This document shows, piece after piece, positions 33,637-35,645 of a stretch of DNA of 35,645 bases (positions within the stretch are counted from its first letter, which is position 1; each line of letters starts with the position of its first letter). The notes under the pieces were generated by a model. It did not search any database. It saw only the letters and a list, made by a program, of their open reading frames with translations, and had not been told where the DNA came from. The DNA comes from Octopus sinensis (Eukaryota). The translations under genes were made by a program, and so were the position numbers. Location: NCBI RefSeq assembly GCF_006345805.1, contig NW_021828068.1:1-35645 (forward strand). Reading direction: 5' to 3'.

Positions 33637-33876
33637 CACCTTGCTGCTTGCATATGTACGTGCAGTCGTAAATGCATGAGAGCATGTGATTGGAACCGCA
33701 TGCTTGTGTGAGAACTTGCTTTAGTTCAATATAACAATGTTCAAACAACATAAAACCGACTTCCACACCTCCTGACGTTTCTTAATTCCACCTTTCATTT
33801 CATTATTACTTCTTTCTATATCTAATATAAACTCCATCACGTTATCTCTCTCTCACTCTCTCTCTCTCTCTCTCTC

Positions 33877-33912
<36 letters not shown>

Positions 33913-34011
33913 ACTCGCTCGGAAGAGATCTCTCTCTCTCTCTCTCTCGCTCGGAAGGGATATCTGTGCCATTGCCCCTATCAACTGATCTCTCTAGAAA
34001 TCTCTTTATCG

Positions 34012-34081
<70 letters not shown>

Positions 34082-34535
34082 GTCTGTCTGTCTGTCTGTC
34101 TGTCTGCCTGTCTGCCTGTCTGCCTGTCTGTCTGTCTATCTATCTATATTTCAATATATCTATCTATCTGCTTATCTATCTAGCTAACTGTCTGGCTGTC
34201 TGTCTATCTATCTATCTATCTATCTATCTATATGTCAATATATCTATCTATCTATTTATCTATCTAGCTATCTGTCAGTCTGCCTGCCTGTCTAGCTAGC
34301 TATCTCGCTATTTGTCTGTCTATCTATCTATCGAATTATCCATCCACCTGTCTGTCTGTCTATGTATCAATCTGTCTGTCTATCTTTCTATCTAACCATT
34401 ATTCTATCTATCAATTTATCACTCTATCTATCTCTCTATCTCATCTATCCATCCATCTCAATATATTTAACTGTATATTTCTTTCTGTCATTCTCTGAGT
34501 GTGCATGTATATATATTCATCCATACATAGAAATT

Positions 34536-34599
<64 letters not shown>

Positions 34600-34700
34600 C
34601 ATAGATAGATAGATAGATAGATAGATATAGATAAATTGATTGAATGATGGTTAGATGCAGAGAAAGATAGATAGAGAGAGAGAGAGAGAGATACATACAC
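33064..34700. repeat. Tetranucleotide (CTAT/CTGT and GATA/GACA), (TA)n and (CT)n blocks
   Basis: Direct reading. Oppositely oriented arrays at 33064-33402 and ~34013-34632. Confidence 0.9.
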
Positions 34701-34889
34701 AACCTGTGTGCGTATACTCCTGTGTGTATTTATATATCTCTCTTTCTTTCTCCTCCTCCTCTACCTCCTGTTCCTTTTCTTCCTGCAAATTTTACTCCTC
34801 CTTCTACTCGCTTACCTCTTTCTCTTACTTCCTCAAACCACTCACCTCTCTCTCCCGCTCCACTCCATCACACCATCACCCCCCCTCCG

Positions 34890-35460
34890 TCCTTCAGCAT
34901 CACCACCACCACCACCACCACCACCACCGCCGCCGCGTCGTTTCCTCTGCCGCCATCGGTGCCACCGCCGTCCCCCCCCCCCGCCGCCACCATTAATCAA
35001 ACCAGTTCCGTCGCAGATGCTCTCCAAAGGGGGGACACGGTGGTGGTGACGTCTTCAAATGTGACGCAATGAGCGTGAAGCGTCTCATCTCTTTGCATGT
35101 TGCATCAGGAACACCAGAAATATCAGGAACTGCAACAACAGCAACAACAACAACGACGACAACAACAGTAGCAGCAGCAGCGGTAGCAGCAGCAGCGGTA
35201 GCAGCAGCAGCAGTAGCAGCAGCAGCAGGAGTTGGAGACGGCAAGCAAGATCCATTTGTGTGCGGTTCTTTATTGATGAAAGTCTTTTGAAGTACTCTCA
35301 GAGGTAGTTTCATAATATATTCTCCGCCTCATTGTCCGTGTCGTCAAGTCGTCCACTTCCCTGGCCACTCTCTGATCGACATGGCTGACCAATGTAATAA
35401 AGACGGCACTCTGACAAATAAGTAAATAAATCTACGTAGACGGCATTGCCACATTGACAC
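34890..35460. promoter_or_regulatory. GC/CpG-rich islet with ATF/CREB-like motifs among (CAC)n, (CAA)n and (GCA)n repeats
   Basis: TGACGTCT 35047-35054, TGACGCAA 35062-35069, cctctgccgccatc 34944-34957, ctgaccaatg ~35385. Motif evidence only. Confidence 0.25.
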
Positions 35461-35645
35461 CTTTAGGTGGTGATGGTGGTGGTTGTGGTGGTGGAGGTGG
35501 TGGTGGTAGGAAGGTTAATGACAGAAGCTATGTGTGTATGCGTGTGCTTGTGTGTAATTTGTAGAAACAGAGAGAGAAAGGGGGTGGGGCAAATAGAGAT
35601 GATGACATAGACAGACAGACAGACTGATAGATAGATAGATAGATA

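Noticed and set aside
34993-35313. 106-aa minus-strand Ala/Val-rich ORF as a gene
   Set aside because: It is mostly (GCT)n/(GTT)n repeat with no domain or supporting gene structure. The region is kept only as a regulatory or exon candidate.

Overview
AT-rich animal genomic DNA saturated with microsatellites ((TA)n, (CA)n, (GATA)n, (GACA)n, (ATT)n, (CAT)n) and retroposons. The repeat repertoire matches what I recall of Octopus (coleoid cephalopod) genomes; this taxon call is an inference, not a database result. I find no confidently supportable host protein-coding gene. Almost all ORFs in the track are microsatellite or antisense-repeat artefacts, so the window is probably intronic or intergenic. 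What it does contain: (i) at least four tRNA-derived SINE families, labelled A-D here, with about 20 copies; (ii) three Tc1/mariner relics (an internally deleted mariner with TIRs and TA duplication, an irritans-like transposase fragment and a DD37D/maT 3' end); (iii) a decayed Buster/Charlie-type hAT transposase interrupted by the mariner; (iv) remnants of REL-endonuclease non-LTR elements (R4-like, possibly HERO-like); (v) a few CpG-rich islets with CRE, CCAAT and E-box motifs. I do not see a clear novel biological system. The best leads are several decayed minimal hammerhead-ribozyme-like motifs (best at 23304-23363), a SINE that was retrotransposed with a variable number of internal 184-bp B-box-containing modules, and a tandem pair of perfect CRE sites. 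Family names, subfamily assignments and homologies come from memory of consensus motifs and need database confirmation. Boundaries of diverged copies are approximate.
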